Positions 8,659 to 18,360 of a stretch of DNA of 35,783 nt are shown in pieces. The position numbers and the translations under genes were made by a program. Origin of the DNA: Actinomycetota bacterium (GTDB taxonomy: Bacteria > Actinomycetota > Acidimicrobiia > Acidimicrobiales > Ilumatobacteraceae); NCBI GenBank assembly GCA_043743395.1, contig JAYTWP010000066.1:1-35783 (forward strand), written 5' to 3'. How positions within the stretch are numbered: the stretch's first letter is position 1; every line of letters begins with the position of its first letter. The notes under the pieces were generated by a model that worked only from the letters and a program-made list of their open reading frames with translations, had not been told where the DNA came from and did no database searches.

Positions 8659-9836
8659 GCGAAGTCATGGACACTGAGACCGATACACAGATCCCCGACG
8701 CCCCCGCACGACGCGGTTGGCGCGGCCGGCTCTATCACGGTGAGACCCGCATCGACTTCATGGGTCGCAAGTGGTGGGGCATCGGCCTCTCGGGTGCCCT
8801 CATCCTCATCACTATTATCTCGTTGGTCGCGCAGGGCCTCAACCTTGGGCTCGACTTCGAGGGTGGCGTGCAATGGGAAGTCCCATCGGCGAACCTCACC
8901 GATGCGCAGGCGCGCAGTGTGCTCTCGTCGAACGGTATTACGACAACCGACGCAAAGATCGTCACCGTCTCGGCCAGTGGGCAAGCGCGACTTCGCATTC
9001 AAACACCCGAGCAAAAGCCTGAGGTTCGCCAGAAGGTCAGTGAAGACCTGGCGAAGGCCGCGAAGGTGAACATCAAAGACATCAGCACCAACTCCGTGAC
9101 GGCGGCGTGGGGCACTGAGATCACCAAGAAGGCAGTACGTGCCTTGGTGGTGTTCATCATTCTCGTGGCGTTGTTCATCGCGTGGCGCTTCGAATGGTCG
9201 ATGGCACTCAGCGCCATCTCCGCAATGCTTCACGACGTTCTGATCAGCGTTGGAATCTATTCAGTACTGCAGCTCGAGGTGACGCCAGCCACCGTGATCG
9301 CCTTTCTCACAATCCTCGGATTCTCGCTGTACGACACAATCGTGGTGTTCGACAAGGTCGATGAGAACACGGCCCGATTCGCAGGGGCGAGGTTGCCGTA
9401 CGACGACGTCATCAACGTGTCGATGAATCAGGTGCTGATGCGCTCGCTCAATACCAGCGCAGCCGCCGTGCTACCGGTGATGTCGTTGCTCGTGGTGGGT
9501 GCCGGCATTTTGGGCGCCATCTCGCTGCGTGAGTTCGCGCTGGCGCTCTTTGTCGGTCTGATTACCGGTTCGTACTCGTCCATCTTCATCGCCTCGCCGT
9601 TGCTGGCGTGGCTCAAGGGCAAGACGCCGAAGTACCGCTCGCTGAAGGCGCCACGTGCCATCGGTATCGACCTCGAACGCCTCGTCATGGGCGGGTCGCC
9701 CGCAGCCCGACGCGAAGCCCAACGGTTACGCGGCTCGTCCCAAGGCGACACCGTGCGCGCAGCGGCAATCGCGATCGCCACCCCAGAGGTCGTGCTCTCG
9801 CATCCGCCTCGACCGCGCAAGAAGAAGCGCCGCTGA
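8655..9836 (+). CDS. secF: Protein translocase subunit SecF
   Basis: GLDFEGG motif, SecD/F TM domain, basic C-terminal tail. AGGAG lies 8 nt upstream. GTGA overlap with secD. Confidence 0.92.
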   Translation: MSEVMDTETDTQIPDAPARRGWRGRLYHGETRIDFMGRKWWGIGLSGALILITIISLVAQGLNLGLDFEGGVQWEVPSANLTDAQARSVLSSNGITTTDAKIVTVSASGQARLRIQTPEQKPEVRQKVSEDLAKAAKVNIKDISTNSVTAAWGTEITKKAVRALVVFIILVALFIAWRFEWSMALSAISAMLHDVLISVGIYSVLQLEVTPATVIAFLTILGFSLYDTIVVFDKVDENTARFAGARLPYDDVINVSMNQVLMRSLNTSAAAVLPVMSLLVVGAGILGAISLREFALALFVGLITGSYSSIFIASPLLAWLKGKTPKYRSLKAPRAIGIDLERLVMGGSPAARREAQRLRGSSQGDTVRAAAIAIATPEVVLSHPPRPRKKKRR

Positions 9837-9873
9837 CGCTGAACCATACGAGCGGGAGCGTTGTTTGGTTCGC

Positions 9874-9879
9874 TAGCCT
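9874..9879 (+). promoter_or_regulatory. Putative -10 hexamer TAGCCT for apt (leaderless candidate)
   Basis: TANNNT lies 6 nt upstream of ATG 9886. No SD. Confidence 0.35.
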
Positions 9880-9885
9880 GCACTT

Positions 9886-10428
9886 ATGACTGCCGACGCT
9901 CACCTGATCGACTCTGACTGGCTGCGCGGTCTGGTACGCGAGATTCCCGACTACCCCAAGGACGGGGTCGTGTTCCGCGACATCACACCGTTACTCGGCA
10001 ACGCTCAGGGTTTCCATCGCGCGATCAACGGCCTTGTCGAACGGTTCGAGCATCTCCCGGTCGACCGGGTACTGGGTATGGAGGCACGCGGCTTCATCAT
10101 CGCAGCGCCGGTGGCGTTCACTATCGGCGCTGGCTTCGTGCCCGTGCGCAAGTCAGGAAAGCTGCCATGGGCGGTGGTGCGCGAGGAATATAGCCTTGAG
10201 TACGGCACGGACAAGCTCGAGATCCACCGCGACGCAATTCATCCCGGTGAGCGCATCCTTGTGATCGATGACGTGCTCGCCACTGGTGGCACCGCCGCGG
10301 CAACATGCCGATTGGTCGAAGCGCTCGGTGGTGTGGTTGTCGGGCTTGGTTTTCTGATCGAGATCGGCGCGCTCGGTGGTCGTGCACTCCTTGGGTCGCG
10401 GTTGGTCGAGAGCTTGGCGGTCTACTAA
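9886..10428 (+). CDS. apt: Adenine phosphoribosyltransferase
   Basis: DYPKDGVVFRDITPLL and PRPP-binding loop VLVIDDVLATGGTA; 180 aa. Confidence 0.93.
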   Translation: MTADAHLIDSDWLRGLVREIPDYPKDGVVFRDITPLLGNAQGFHRAINGLVERFEHLPVDRVLGMEARGFIIAAPVAFTIGAGFVPVRKSGKLPWAVVREEYSLEYGTDKLEIHRDAIHPGERILVIDDVLATGGTAAATCRLVEALGGVVVGLGFLIEIGALGGRALLGSRLVESLAVY

Positions 10429-10431
10429 GCA

Positions 10432-12651
10432 ATGGGCACGGTTGATCGAGTGTTGCCGTGGCGTCGGCAGCACCAGCCAACCAACGACGCCCTTGTTCCT
10501 GTATTGGCCGCCTATCGCAAGCGCCATCCCAAAGCCAGTGTCACGATGATCAATCGCGCGTTCGACATGGCGAGCGAGGCGCACCGCTATCAAACTCGCA
10601 GCAGCGGCGAGAGTTACATCAATCATCCGCTCGCAGTGGCACGCATCGTTGCCGACATCGGACTCGACGACATTTCACTCGCCGCCGCGCTCTTGCACGA
10701 CGCTGTCGAAGATACTGAGATCACGATTGCGGAGGTAGAAAAGCAATTCGGTGCCGATGTTGCAGCCATCGTCGATGGTGTCACCAAACTCGAGCGGCTG
10801 CAGTTCGACTCGAAGGAAGCGCAGCAAGCGGCGACGATGCGCAAGATGTTGGTCGCCATGGCTCGCGACCTGCGCGTGCTCATCATCAAGCTCGCCGACC
10901 GGTTGCACAACATGCGCACCATCGCTGGCATGCCGACTGACAAGCAGCGTCGCATCGCGCAGGAGACCTTGGACATCTACGCCCCGCTTGCACACCGGCT
11001 GGGTATGCAAGAGCTGCGTCAGCAGCTCGAAGATCTCAGCTTTGCCTCGCTCTACCCAAAGCGTTTCGCCGAGCTCGATCATTTGGTCGCGACGCGCAGC
11101 CCCGAGCGCGATGTCTACTTGGCGAGAACGCTGGCCGAGGTACGCACACGTCTCGCCGAGCTTGGTATCAATGCCGAAGTCACTGGTCGCGGCAAGCACA
11201 TGTGGAGCATCTACGAAAAGATGATCCAGAAGAACCGCGACTTCGATGAGATCTTCGACCTCGTCGCAATTCGAGTGACGGTGGATTCGATCAAGGACTG
11301 TTATGCGGCACTCGGTTGCATCCACGGGCGCTGGAAGCCCGTCGTTGGCCGCTTCAAGGACTACATCGCGATGCCCAAGTTCAATTTGTACCAGAGCTTG
11401 CACACCACGGTCATCGGACCCGATGGCAAAGCGCTCGAAGTGCAGATCCGAACACGAGAGATGCACCAGCGCGCGGAGTGGGGCGTCGCCGCACATTGGG
11501 CCTACAAGGAAGAAGCACCAGCTCAAGACATCGATTGGCTCAACCGAATCATCGATTGGCAGGCCGAGGTCAGCGACCCCAACCAGTTCATGGAGAGCCT
11601 CAAGACAGACCTCGAACAGGAAGAAGTCTTCGTCTTTACGCCAAAGGGTCGTGTCGTCACCCTGCCGATCCACGCCACAACTGTCGACTTCGCATACGCC
11701 GTGCACACTGAGGTCGGTCATAAGTGCATCGGCGCCAAGGTCAACGGCCGGCTCGTTCCGCTCGACAGTCAACTCCGCAGTGGCGACACATGCGAGATCT
11801 TCACCTCCAAGCTCGAATCGGCGGCCCCTTCTCGCGACTGGCTCACCTTCGTCGAATCACCGCGAGCGCGCAACAAGATCCGGCAATGGTTCAGTCGCGA
11901 GCGACGCGAGGATGCGGTCGAGTCGGGACGCGATGAGCTCACCAAAGAGTTCCGGCGCGAGGGCCTACCAGTACACGGAATGTGGACGTCTGAGGTCTTT
12001 CTCAAAGAACTCGACGCCCATGGCTACTCCGATCTCGAGACGGCGCTCGCTGCGATTGGCGAGCGGCATCTGAGTGCGCGCCCGCTCGTGCAGAAGGTGG
12101 CGCACGAGTTCCGAACAGGTAGCCAAGAAGAGCAGATGTCCACCTCGCAGGTTGTCCGACCGCGAGGTTTCCGCCGTGCTCGATCGACGGCGGGCATTCA
12201 CGTCGAGGGTCTCGACGATGTGCTGGTACGGCTGTCGCGATGTTGCACACCCGTTCCCGGCGACGAGATCATGGGTTTCGTCACTCGTGGTCGCGGGGTC
12301 AGTGTGCACCGTTCAGACTGCGCGAACGCGGTGTCGCTCATGAGCGATCAAGCCTCGCGCCTCATCGAGGTGGAGTGGGCAGGCGACAACCGCAAGACGG
12401 TGTTCCGCGCCGGCGTCGAAGTGGTGGCGCTCGACCGCTCACGGCTTCTGCGTGATGTTGCCAATGCGCTCAGCGAACAACACGTGAACATCGTTGCCTG
12501 CAGTACCCACACGGGTAACGACCGTGTGGCCAAGATGCGATTCGAGTTCGAACTCGCCGACCCAAGCCATCTCGATGCCGTACTGCGCACGATCAAGGGT
12601 GTCGATGGTGTGTACGACGCCTACCGATTGGTGCCCGGCAAGGGCAGTTGA
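10432..12651 (+). CDS. relA: Bifunctional (p)ppGpp synthetase/hydrolase Rel
   Basis: HD domain (HPLAVA...LHDAVEDT), RelA/SpoT synthetase region (YQSLHTTV), TGS and C-terminal ACT-like domains; 739 aa. Confidence 0.93.
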   Translation: MGTVDRVLPWRRQHQPTNDALVPVLAAYRKRHPKASVTMINRAFDMASEAHRYQTRSSGESYINHPLAVARIVADIGLDDISLAAALLHDAVEDTEITIAEVEKQFGADVAAIVDGVTKLERLQFDSKEAQQAATMRKMLVAMARDLRVLIIKLADRLHNMRTIAGMPTDKQRRIAQETLDIYAPLAHRLGMQELRQQLEDLSFASLYPKRFAELDHLVATRSPERDVYLARTLAEVRTRLAELGINAEVTGRGKHMWSIYEKMIQKNRDFDEIFDLVAIRVTVDSIKDCYAALGCIHGRWKPVVGRFKDYIAMPKFNLYQSLHTTVIGPDGKALEVQIRTREMHQRAEWGVAAHWAYKEEAPAQDIDWLNRIIDWQAEVSDPNQFMESLKTDLEQEEVFVFTPKGRVVTLPIHATTVDFAYAVHTEVGHKCIGAKVNGRLVPLDSQLRSGDTCEIFTSKLESAAPSRDWLTFVESPRARNKIRQWFSRERREDAVESGRDELTKEFRREGLPVHGMWTSEVFLKELDAHGYSDLETALAAIGERHLSARPLVQKVAHEFRTGSQEEQMSTSQVVRPRGFRRARSTAGIHVEGLDDVLVRLSRCCTPVPGDEIMGFVTRGRGVSVHRSDCANAVSLMSDQASRLIEVEWAGDNRKTVFRAGVEVVALDRSRLLRDVANALSEQHVNIVACSTHTGNDRVAKMRFEFELADPSHLDAVLRTIKGVDGVYDAYRLVPGKGS

Positions 12652-12700
12652 TCAGCCCGCCGCGCCCGAAAACCTCCGAGGGTTCAGGCCGCTGACGCTC

Positions 12701-12706
12701 TAACCT
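12701..12706 (+). promoter_or_regulatory. Putative -10 hexamer TAACCT for hisS (leaderless candidate)
   Basis: TANNNT lies 8 nt upstream of ATG 12715. No SD. Confidence 0.35.
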
Positions 12707-12714
12707 TGTCACCC

Positions 12715-13992
12715 ATGCCCGAGTTCCAGCACAGCCCAGGAATGCGCGACATCCTGTCGCCAGAGTCGGCACGCTGGCGGCGCTTTCAGGCCGTGTTCGC
12801 AGAGGTCGTCGAGGCGGCGGGTTACGGCGAGATCATGCCACCCATGATGGAGGACCTCGGCGTGTTCCAGCGCGTCGGCGAAGCCACCGATGTCGTTACC
12901 AAGGAGATGTACGACTTCATCGACCGCGGCGAACGTCACGTGGCCCTCAGACCCGAGCAGACGGCAAGTGTGTGCCGCGCCTTTGCGCAGCATCGTCCTC
13001 TCACGCCCTGGAAGGTCTACTACGCAGGCCCGAATTTTCGCTACGAGAAGCCACAGCGCGGTCGCTTCCGCCAATTCGACCAGGTGGGCATCGAGGTACT
13101 CGGAGCCGATGATCCGTATCTCGATGTGGAAGTCATCGCGCTCGCGTGGGACTTCTATCGCCGTCTCGGGCTCAACCAAGTCACGTTGTTGCTCAACTCG
13201 CTCGGCGAGCCCGACGATCGCGCGCTGTATGTGGCCAATCTCAACGAGTATTTCAACGACAACCTCAGCGCACTGTCAGCGGAGAGCCGCGTCACGCTGA
13301 CCAAGAACCCGTTGCGCGTGCTCGACTCCAAGCGCGAGCAAGACACCGACGTTGTTGCGCGTGCACCGCGCATTGCATCGTTCTACAGTCCCGAAGCAGC
13401 GGCGCATTTTGACGCTGTTCAACAAGGTCTCACCGATCTCGAAATTCCCTTCATGCTCGATACAACGCTCGTACGGGGCCTCGACTACTACCGCCGTACG
13501 ACCTTTGAGTTCCAGGGTGGCACGCTTGATTCTGCGCAGAACGCGTTGGGCGGTGGCGGTCGCTACGACGGTCTGGTGGAATCGCTCGGGGGACCACCCA
13601 CACACGGCGTCGGATTCGCTCTGGGGCTTGATCGCACCTTGCTCGCGTGCGACGACGAAGGTGTGTTTGCCGCGCCGAGCACTGTGGTCGATGTGTTCGT
13701 TGTCGACACCACTGGTGGTCGCGAAGCGCTCCGTCTCACAGCCGAACTTCGCGCGGCGGGCATTTCGGCCGACCGGGCGTTCGAGAACCGAAGCATGAAG
13801 AGTCAGATGAAGGGCGCCGACCGCAGCGGCGCACCAGTGGCGATCATCGTTGGATCCAACGAGCTCGACGCGGATGTCGTGACGCTACGGCCATTGCGCG
13901 GTGAGGATGTTCAGCGTCAGGTGCCCCGCACCGATCTTATTTCTGAAGTTACCAAAGCCCTTGAACAGGCTGCGAAAGAGGCAACAGCATGA
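12715..13992 (+). CDS. hisS: Histidine--tRNA ligase
   Basis: GMRD, class II motifs (RPEQT, YYAGPNFRYEKPQRGRFRQF, GGGRYD). Start is ATG 12715; the in-frame TTG 12706 used by the track is possible but less likely. Confidence 0.92.
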   Translation: MPEFQHSPGMRDILSPESARWRRFQAVFAEVVEAAGYGEIMPPMMEDLGVFQRVGEATDVVTKEMYDFIDRGERHVALRPEQTASVCRAFAQHRPLTPWKVYYAGPNFRYEKPQRGRFRQFDQVGIEVLGADDPYLDVEVIALAWDFYRRLGLNQVTLLLNSLGEPDDRALYVANLNEYFNDNLSALSAESRVTLTKNPLRVLDSKREQDTDVVARAPRIASFYSPEAAAHFDAVQQGLTDLEIPFMLDTTLVRGLDYYRRTTFEFQGGTLDSAQNALGGGGRYDGLVESLGGPPTHGVGFALGLDRTLLACDDEGVFAAPSTVVDVFVVDTTGGREALRLTAELRAAGISADRAFENRSMKSQMKGADRSGAPVAIIVGSNELDADVVTLRPLRGEDVQRQVPRTDLISEVTKALEQAAKEATA

Positions 13993-15734
13993 GTTCTACC
14001 AGCATGCGCACCATCATGTGTGGCGAGCTCCGTTCGGTCCACGTTGGGCAAACGGTCAGTGTTTGTGGTTGGGTCGCCAGCCGCCGCGAGCACGGTACGC
14101 AACTTGCGTTCGTCGATCTGCGCGACCACACCGGCGTCGTGCAATGTGTTGTCGACAACGACGTTGATGTTCGCTCGGAATACGTTCTTCGCGTCACCGG
14201 TGTCGTTCGTGCCCGGCTGCAGGGAACAGTCAACGCCAACCTCCCCACGGGCGAGATCGAGTTGGGAGAATGTCGCGTCGAGGTACTGCGCACTGCAGAG
14301 CCGCCACCGTTTCCCATCGACTCCCGCGCCGACAAGGTTGAAGAAAACACGCGCCTGCAGTACCGCTATCTCGACATCCGTCGCGAACGGATGCAAAAGA
14401 ACATCCGCGTGCGCGCCGCCGTCAACTCGGCGCTGCGTCGGGCAATGGAAGAGCAAAGCTTCGTCGAGGTAGAAACCCCGATGCTCGTGCCGTCCACACC
14501 CGAGGGCGCTCGCGAGTTCCTGGTCCCAAGCCGCAAGGAGCCCGGCGCGTTCTACGCGCTACCGCAGAGTCCTCAGCTGTTCAAGCAACTGTTGATGGTT
14601 GCGGGCATCGATCGCTATTACCAGATCGCCCGCTGCCTACGCGATGAAGACCTGCGTGCGGACCGTCAATATGAGTTCATGCAACTCGACGCCGAGATGA
14701 GCTTTGTCAGTCAGGACGATGTCCTTGCGGCGATTAGTTCGGCAGTCATGGCGGCTGCCGAAGCGGTGACCGGTGAGCGGCCACCCACCATCGAACAGAT
14801 GACATGGCGCGACGCGATGAACCGCTTCGGGGTGGACAAACCCGACCTTCGCTTCGCGATGGAGCTCGTCGAACTCACCGATGTGTTCGTCAGTACCGAG
14901 TTCAAGGCATTTGCCGGAGCTGGGTGCATCAAGGCGATCAACGCATCCGGAAAAGCCGAAGAGATGGGTCGCAACAAGCTCGATTCCCTCACCGACCGCG
15001 CCAAGCAAATGGGCGCCAAAGGTTTGGTGTGGCTGAAGGTGAACGCGGAGGGCATTCTCGAATCGCCGGTCGCGAAGTTCTTGAGCGCTGATGAGCAGGC
15101 CGGAGTGGTACGGCGGCTGGATGCCAAGCCAGGTGACCTTATTCTGATCGTCGCCGACGAGTGGTCGATGACGTGCGAGGTATTGGGTCAGCTGCGCAAC
15201 GACCTCGGCCGCCCGCCAGTTTGGCAAGGACCGCATCGCTATGTCTGGATCACCGAGTTCCCGCTGTTCGTCGGCATAGATAAGGAATCGGGTAAGCCAA
15301 AGCCAGGTCACCATCCGTTTTGCATGCCGCATCCAGACGACCTCGACAAGTTCGACACAGACCCGATGTCAGTTCGGGCCATGGCTTATGACCTCGTGCT
15401 CAACGGTTGGGAGCTGGGTTCCGGGTCGATTCGAATCCACGAGAGCGACCTGCAGCGCCGGGTCTTTGCCGCATTGGGCATCAGCGCCGAAGACGCCGAC
15501 AAGAAGTTCGGTTTCTTCCTGCGTCCATTCGAGTACGGCGCCCCGCCGCACGGTGGGTTCGGAATGGGTATCGACCGGCTCGTGGCAATTCTCGCCGGTG
15601 AGGAAAACATTCGCGAGGTCATTGCCTTTCCGAAGACACAGAGTGGCTCTGACCCGATGACGAATGCGCCGACGGCACCCAGCCCGAAGCAACTGGCCGA
15701 TCTGGGCATTCGTACCCTCCCACCAAAGGTCTGA
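13989..15734 (+). CDS. aspS: Aspartate--tRNA ligase
   Basis: OB-fold N-terminus, QSPQLFKQLLM, FRDEDLRADRQ-like motif (CLRDEDLRADRQ), GGFGMGIDRL; 581 aa. ATGA overlap with hisS. Confidence 0.93.
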   Translation: MSSTSMRTIMCGELRSVHVGQTVSVCGWVASRREHGTQLAFVDLRDHTGVVQCVVDNDVDVRSEYVLRVTGVVRARLQGTVNANLPTGEIELGECRVEVLRTAEPPPFPIDSRADKVEENTRLQYRYLDIRRERMQKNIRVRAAVNSALRRAMEEQSFVEVETPMLVPSTPEGAREFLVPSRKEPGAFYALPQSPQLFKQLLMVAGIDRYYQIARCLRDEDLRADRQYEFMQLDAEMSFVSQDDVLAAISSAVMAAAEAVTGERPPTIEQMTWRDAMNRFGVDKPDLRFAMELVELTDVFVSTEFKAFAGAGCIKAINASGKAEEMGRNKLDSLTDRAKQMGAKGLVWLKVNAEGILESPVAKFLSADEQAGVVRRLDAKPGDLILIVADEWSMTCEVLGQLRNDLGRPPVWQGPHRYVWITEFPLFVGIDKESGKPKPGHHPFCMPHPDDLDKFDTDPMSVRAMAYDLVLNGWELGSGSIRIHESDLQRRVFAALGISAEDADKKFGFFLRPFEYGAPPHGGFGMGIDRLVAILAGEENIREVIAFPKTQSGSDPMTNAPTAPSPKQLADLGIRTLPPKV

Positions 15735-15783
15735 GCACGCCTGGTCGTGGCGCGTCGCACGCGGCGCGGCCATGGGCACCTTG

Positions 15784-15789
15784 TAGCGT
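15784..15789 (+). promoter_or_regulatory. Putative -10 hexamer TAGCGT for the Nudix gene (leaderless candidate)
   Basis: TANNNT lies 9 nt upstream of ATG 15799. No SD. Confidence 0.3.
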
Positions 15790-15798
15790 CTGTGGCGT

Positions 15799-16236
15799 AT
15801 GGCGAACCCCCATTTTCGCGCTGGCGTCGTGATGGTCGTTCGGGGCCTCGACGATCGGCTGTTGGCCTTTGAGCGCGGCGACGTGCCGGGTCAGTGGCAA
15901 CTTCCACAAGGCGGTCTCGAAATAAACGAAACGCCCCTGGCTGCTGCGTGGCGTGAACTACGCGAAGAAACCGGGCTCGGACCCAACGATGTGCAGGCCG
16001 TGGCCGAGTTTCCCGATTGGGTGCCGTATGAGTACCCCGAGGAACTGAAGTCGACCAAGGGTCGGATGGGCCAACTCCATCGTTGGTTTCTGTTCGATGC
16101 CTTGCGCGCCGGCATCACTCCGCAACCCGACGGGCGCGAGTTCGTGTCGTGGCAGTGGGTCACCCGCGAATGGCTGATCGAAAGCGTGGTCGAGTTTCGT
16201 CGTGCCGGTTATCAACTCGTGCTGAGCTCGTTGTGA
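15799..16236 (+). CDS. Nudix hydrolase, RppH-like RNA pyrophosphohydrolase
   Basis: Nudix box [35 protein letters not shown] and WQWV resemble E. coli RppH. Confidence 0.8.
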   Translation: MANPHFRAGVVMVVRGLDDRLLAFERGDVPGQWQLPQGGLEINETPLAAAWRELREETGLGPNDVQAVAEFPDWVPYEYPEELKSTKGRMGQLHRWFLFDALRAGITPQPDGREFVSWQWVTREWLIESVVEFRRAGYQLVLSSL

Positions 16237-17537
16237 GCGACGATCTGTTCAGCAACGCCGCGGCCGACCGGTTGCGCCAACAAGCGCCCTTGGCTGCCCG
16301 GCTGCGTCCGCGCACGCTCGATGAGGTTGTCGGCCAGGACCACCTCGTTGGGCCGGGACGACCGCTGCGACGCCTTGTCGAGCAGGACCGGCTCAGTTCA
16401 GCCATCTTCTGGGGCCCGCCCGGAACCGGCAAGACAACACTTGCGCTCGCCGTTGCTGGCACGACCAAGCGTGTCTTCGAGCAGCTCTCAGCAGTGTCGG
16501 CCGGGGTCAAAGATGTGCGCGAGGTGATCGAGCGCGCCCGTCAACGCCTGGGCGAGCACGGTCGGGGGACAATCCTGTTCCTCGACGAGATCCATCGCTT
16601 TTCGAAAGCACAGCAGGACGCGTTGTTACCCGCTGTCGAGGACGGCACACTCACCCTCATCGGCGCGACAACGGAGAATCCATTCTTCGAAGTCAATGCA
16701 CCCTTGAGAAGCCGAAGCACACTCTTTCGGCTCGAACCGCTCGACCGAACGGCGATTGTGATGCTCATCGAGCGTGGTCTCGCGTCTGAAGTGGCTCGCG
16801 CACACGCTGATGCGATAGCGCTCCTTGCCGATCGTTCCGGCGGCGACGGCCGCCAAGTGCTGACCGCGCTCGAGGTGGCCTGTGCGCTCGCCCATCCAGA
16901 CGTCATCACGGTCGAACATGTCGAGGCTGCGTTGGGCACGAGTGCGTTGCGCTATGGGCGCGACGATCACTACGACGTGATCAGCGCGTTCATCAAGAGC
17001 ATTCGCGGCAGCGACCCCGATGCCGGGCTGTATTGGCTGGCGCGCATGCTCGAAGCCGGCGAGGATGCGCGGTTCATCGTGCGCCGCCTGATTGTTTTGG
17101 CGAGCGAGGACATCGGCATGGCCGACCCTCAATCGCTGTTGGTCGCCGTCGCCGCTGCTCAGGCTGTCGAGCATGTCGGCCTGCCCGAAGCACAATTAAA
17201 CCTTGCCCAGGCCGTTGTCCATCTCGCCACAGCGCCGAAGAGCAACCGCGCCGCGCTCGGCATTTGGAGCGCGCGCACGATGGTACGCGATGGTGCGGTT
17301 GGTGAGGTGCCCGCGCACTTGCGTGACGCCCATTATCAGGGCGCCTCATCTCTGGGTCATGGCGTCGGCTACGTGTACCCTCATGATGACCCACGTGGGT
17401 GGGTTGCGCAGCAATACCGGCCCAGCGAGTTGCTCGGCGTCACGTTGTACGACCCCACCACACACGGCTTCGAGCAGGAAGTGACAACGCGGATGAAACG
17501 CAACCGTCCGACAACCGAAGACGAGCAGAAATCATGA
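16233..17537 (+). CDS. rarA: Replication-associated recombination protein A (AAA+ ATPase RarA/MgsA)
   Basis: [15 protein letters not shown], Walker [18 protein letters not shown]-terminal MgsA domain (HLRDAHY). GTG 16233 forms a GTGA overlap with the Nudix stop. The track start 16083 is a spurious extension. Confidence 0.92.
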   Translation: MSDDLFSNAAADRLRQQAPLAARLRPRTLDEVVGQDHLVGPGRPLRRLVEQDRLSSAIFWGPPGTGKTTLALAVAGTTKRVFEQLSAVSAGVKDVREVIERARQRLGEHGRGTILFLDEIHRFSKAQQDALLPAVEDGTLTLIGATTENPFFEVNAPLRSRSTLFRLEPLDRTAIVMLIERGLASEVARAHADAIALLADRSGGDGRQVLTALEVACALAHPDVITVEHVEAALGTSALRYGRDDHYDVISAFIKSIRGSDPDAGLYWLARMLEAGEDARFIVRRLIVLASEDIGMADPQSLLVAVAAAQAVEHVGLPEAQLNLAQAVVHLATAPKSNRAALGIWSARTMVRDGAVGEVPAHLRDAHYQGASSLGHGVGYVYPHDDPRGWVAQQYRPSELLGVTLYDPTTHGFEQEVTTRMKRNRPTTEDEQKS

Positions 17538-17977
17538 CGGCCGGCGAACTCGCAGTGGTCTTGGCGGCTGTGCTGTGTTCCATCGGCTTCGCCGCACTCA
17601 TCGTGGTTCTGATGCGCGTGCTCGACACGCTGAAAGCCCTCCGCGCGGAGGTCGAGTCGCTGCGCGCGGAGACCCGGCCGTTGCTCGCCGAGATGCAATT
17701 GTCGACCGATGCAGCCAGAGCCACTATGGCGCAGGCCCGCACGGATCTCGACAGGTTCGACCGGGTGCTCGGATCCGCTGAAGCGATCAGTGATGCGGTC
17801 TCAGGAAGCGGTCGGGTTGCTCGAGCCGCATTGTCTGTGCCCGTGATCAAGGTGGCAGGGATTGCCACGGGTACCAGCCGCGCATGGCGACGACTGCGGC
17901 GCACCGAGAAGAAGGCGCTGGGCAAGGCTGATCGGCGATCTCGCGGTCATACCGCCACAGGAGTACAACGACCATGA
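17534..17977 (+). CDS. DUF948-like membrane-anchored coiled-coil protein
   Basis: N-terminal TM helix (LAVVLAAVLCSIGFAALIVVL), then a helical repeat region typical of what I recall as DUF948. ATGA overlap with rarA. Confidence 0.65.
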   Translation: MTAGELAVVLAAVLCSIGFAALIVVLMRVLDTLKALRAEVESLRAETRPLLAEMQLSTDAARATMAQARTDLDRFDRVLGSAEAISDAVSGSGRVARAALSVPVIKVAGIATGTSRAWRRLRRTEKKALGKADRRSRGHTATGVQRP

Positions 17978-18360
17978 AGCGGCTGAGTTGGTTCGTTAGC
18001 GGTGCCGTCGCTGGCATTGCGGGTGTTGGCTTGGCCAAGAGAAAGGTCAAGGAAACCGCCTCACATCTTGCTCCCGGCAACCTCGCGAGGTCGGCCGCCT
18101 CTCGGATTCGTGAGCGGGGCCACGATGTCACCGAAGCGCTGCGCGACGGTCGCCGTGCGATGCACGACAAAGAAGCCGAACTCATCGCCCGCCGTGACGG
18201 CACGATGGCGTCCCTCGCCGACGAGCTTGAGCCCGACGATCAAGTGCTCGTCGATGGTCACCCTGTCGAGCCCGGGCAGGTCATCGTGCTGCGCCAAGTC
18301 CGCCCTGGCAGCCAATCGGGTCAGCATCGCAATAGCCGACGTCTCCGCCGTGGCGCATGA
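17974..18360 (+). CDS. Hypothetical small membrane-anchored protein (128 aa)
   Basis: N-terminal TM helix (WFVSGAVAGIAGVGLA), charged helical body. AGGAG lies 10 nt upstream. ATGA overlaps on both sides. Confidence 0.6.
   Translation: MKRLSWFVSGAVAGIAGVGLAKRKVKETASHLAPGNLARSAASRIRERGHDVTEALRDGRRAMHDKEAELIARRDGTMASLADELEPDDQVLVDGHPVEPGQVIVLRQVRPGSQSGQHRNSRRLRRGA

Noticed and set aside
10675-11772. Long antisense or alternative-frame ORFs inside conserved genes. Examples: 10675-11772 (-) in relA, 7326-8153 (-) in secD, 20610-21464 (-) in the kinase gene, 32123-32956 (-) in the ACD gene, 3495-4295 (-) beside the hydrolase gene, 26066-26866 (+) opposite tal/tkt, 14637-15332 (-) in aspS.
   Set aside because: These are typical of high-GC DNA, where stop codons are rare. 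Their products are Arg/Pro/Ala/Gly-rich with no recognisable motifs. Each is fully overlapped by a gene with strong family signatures.
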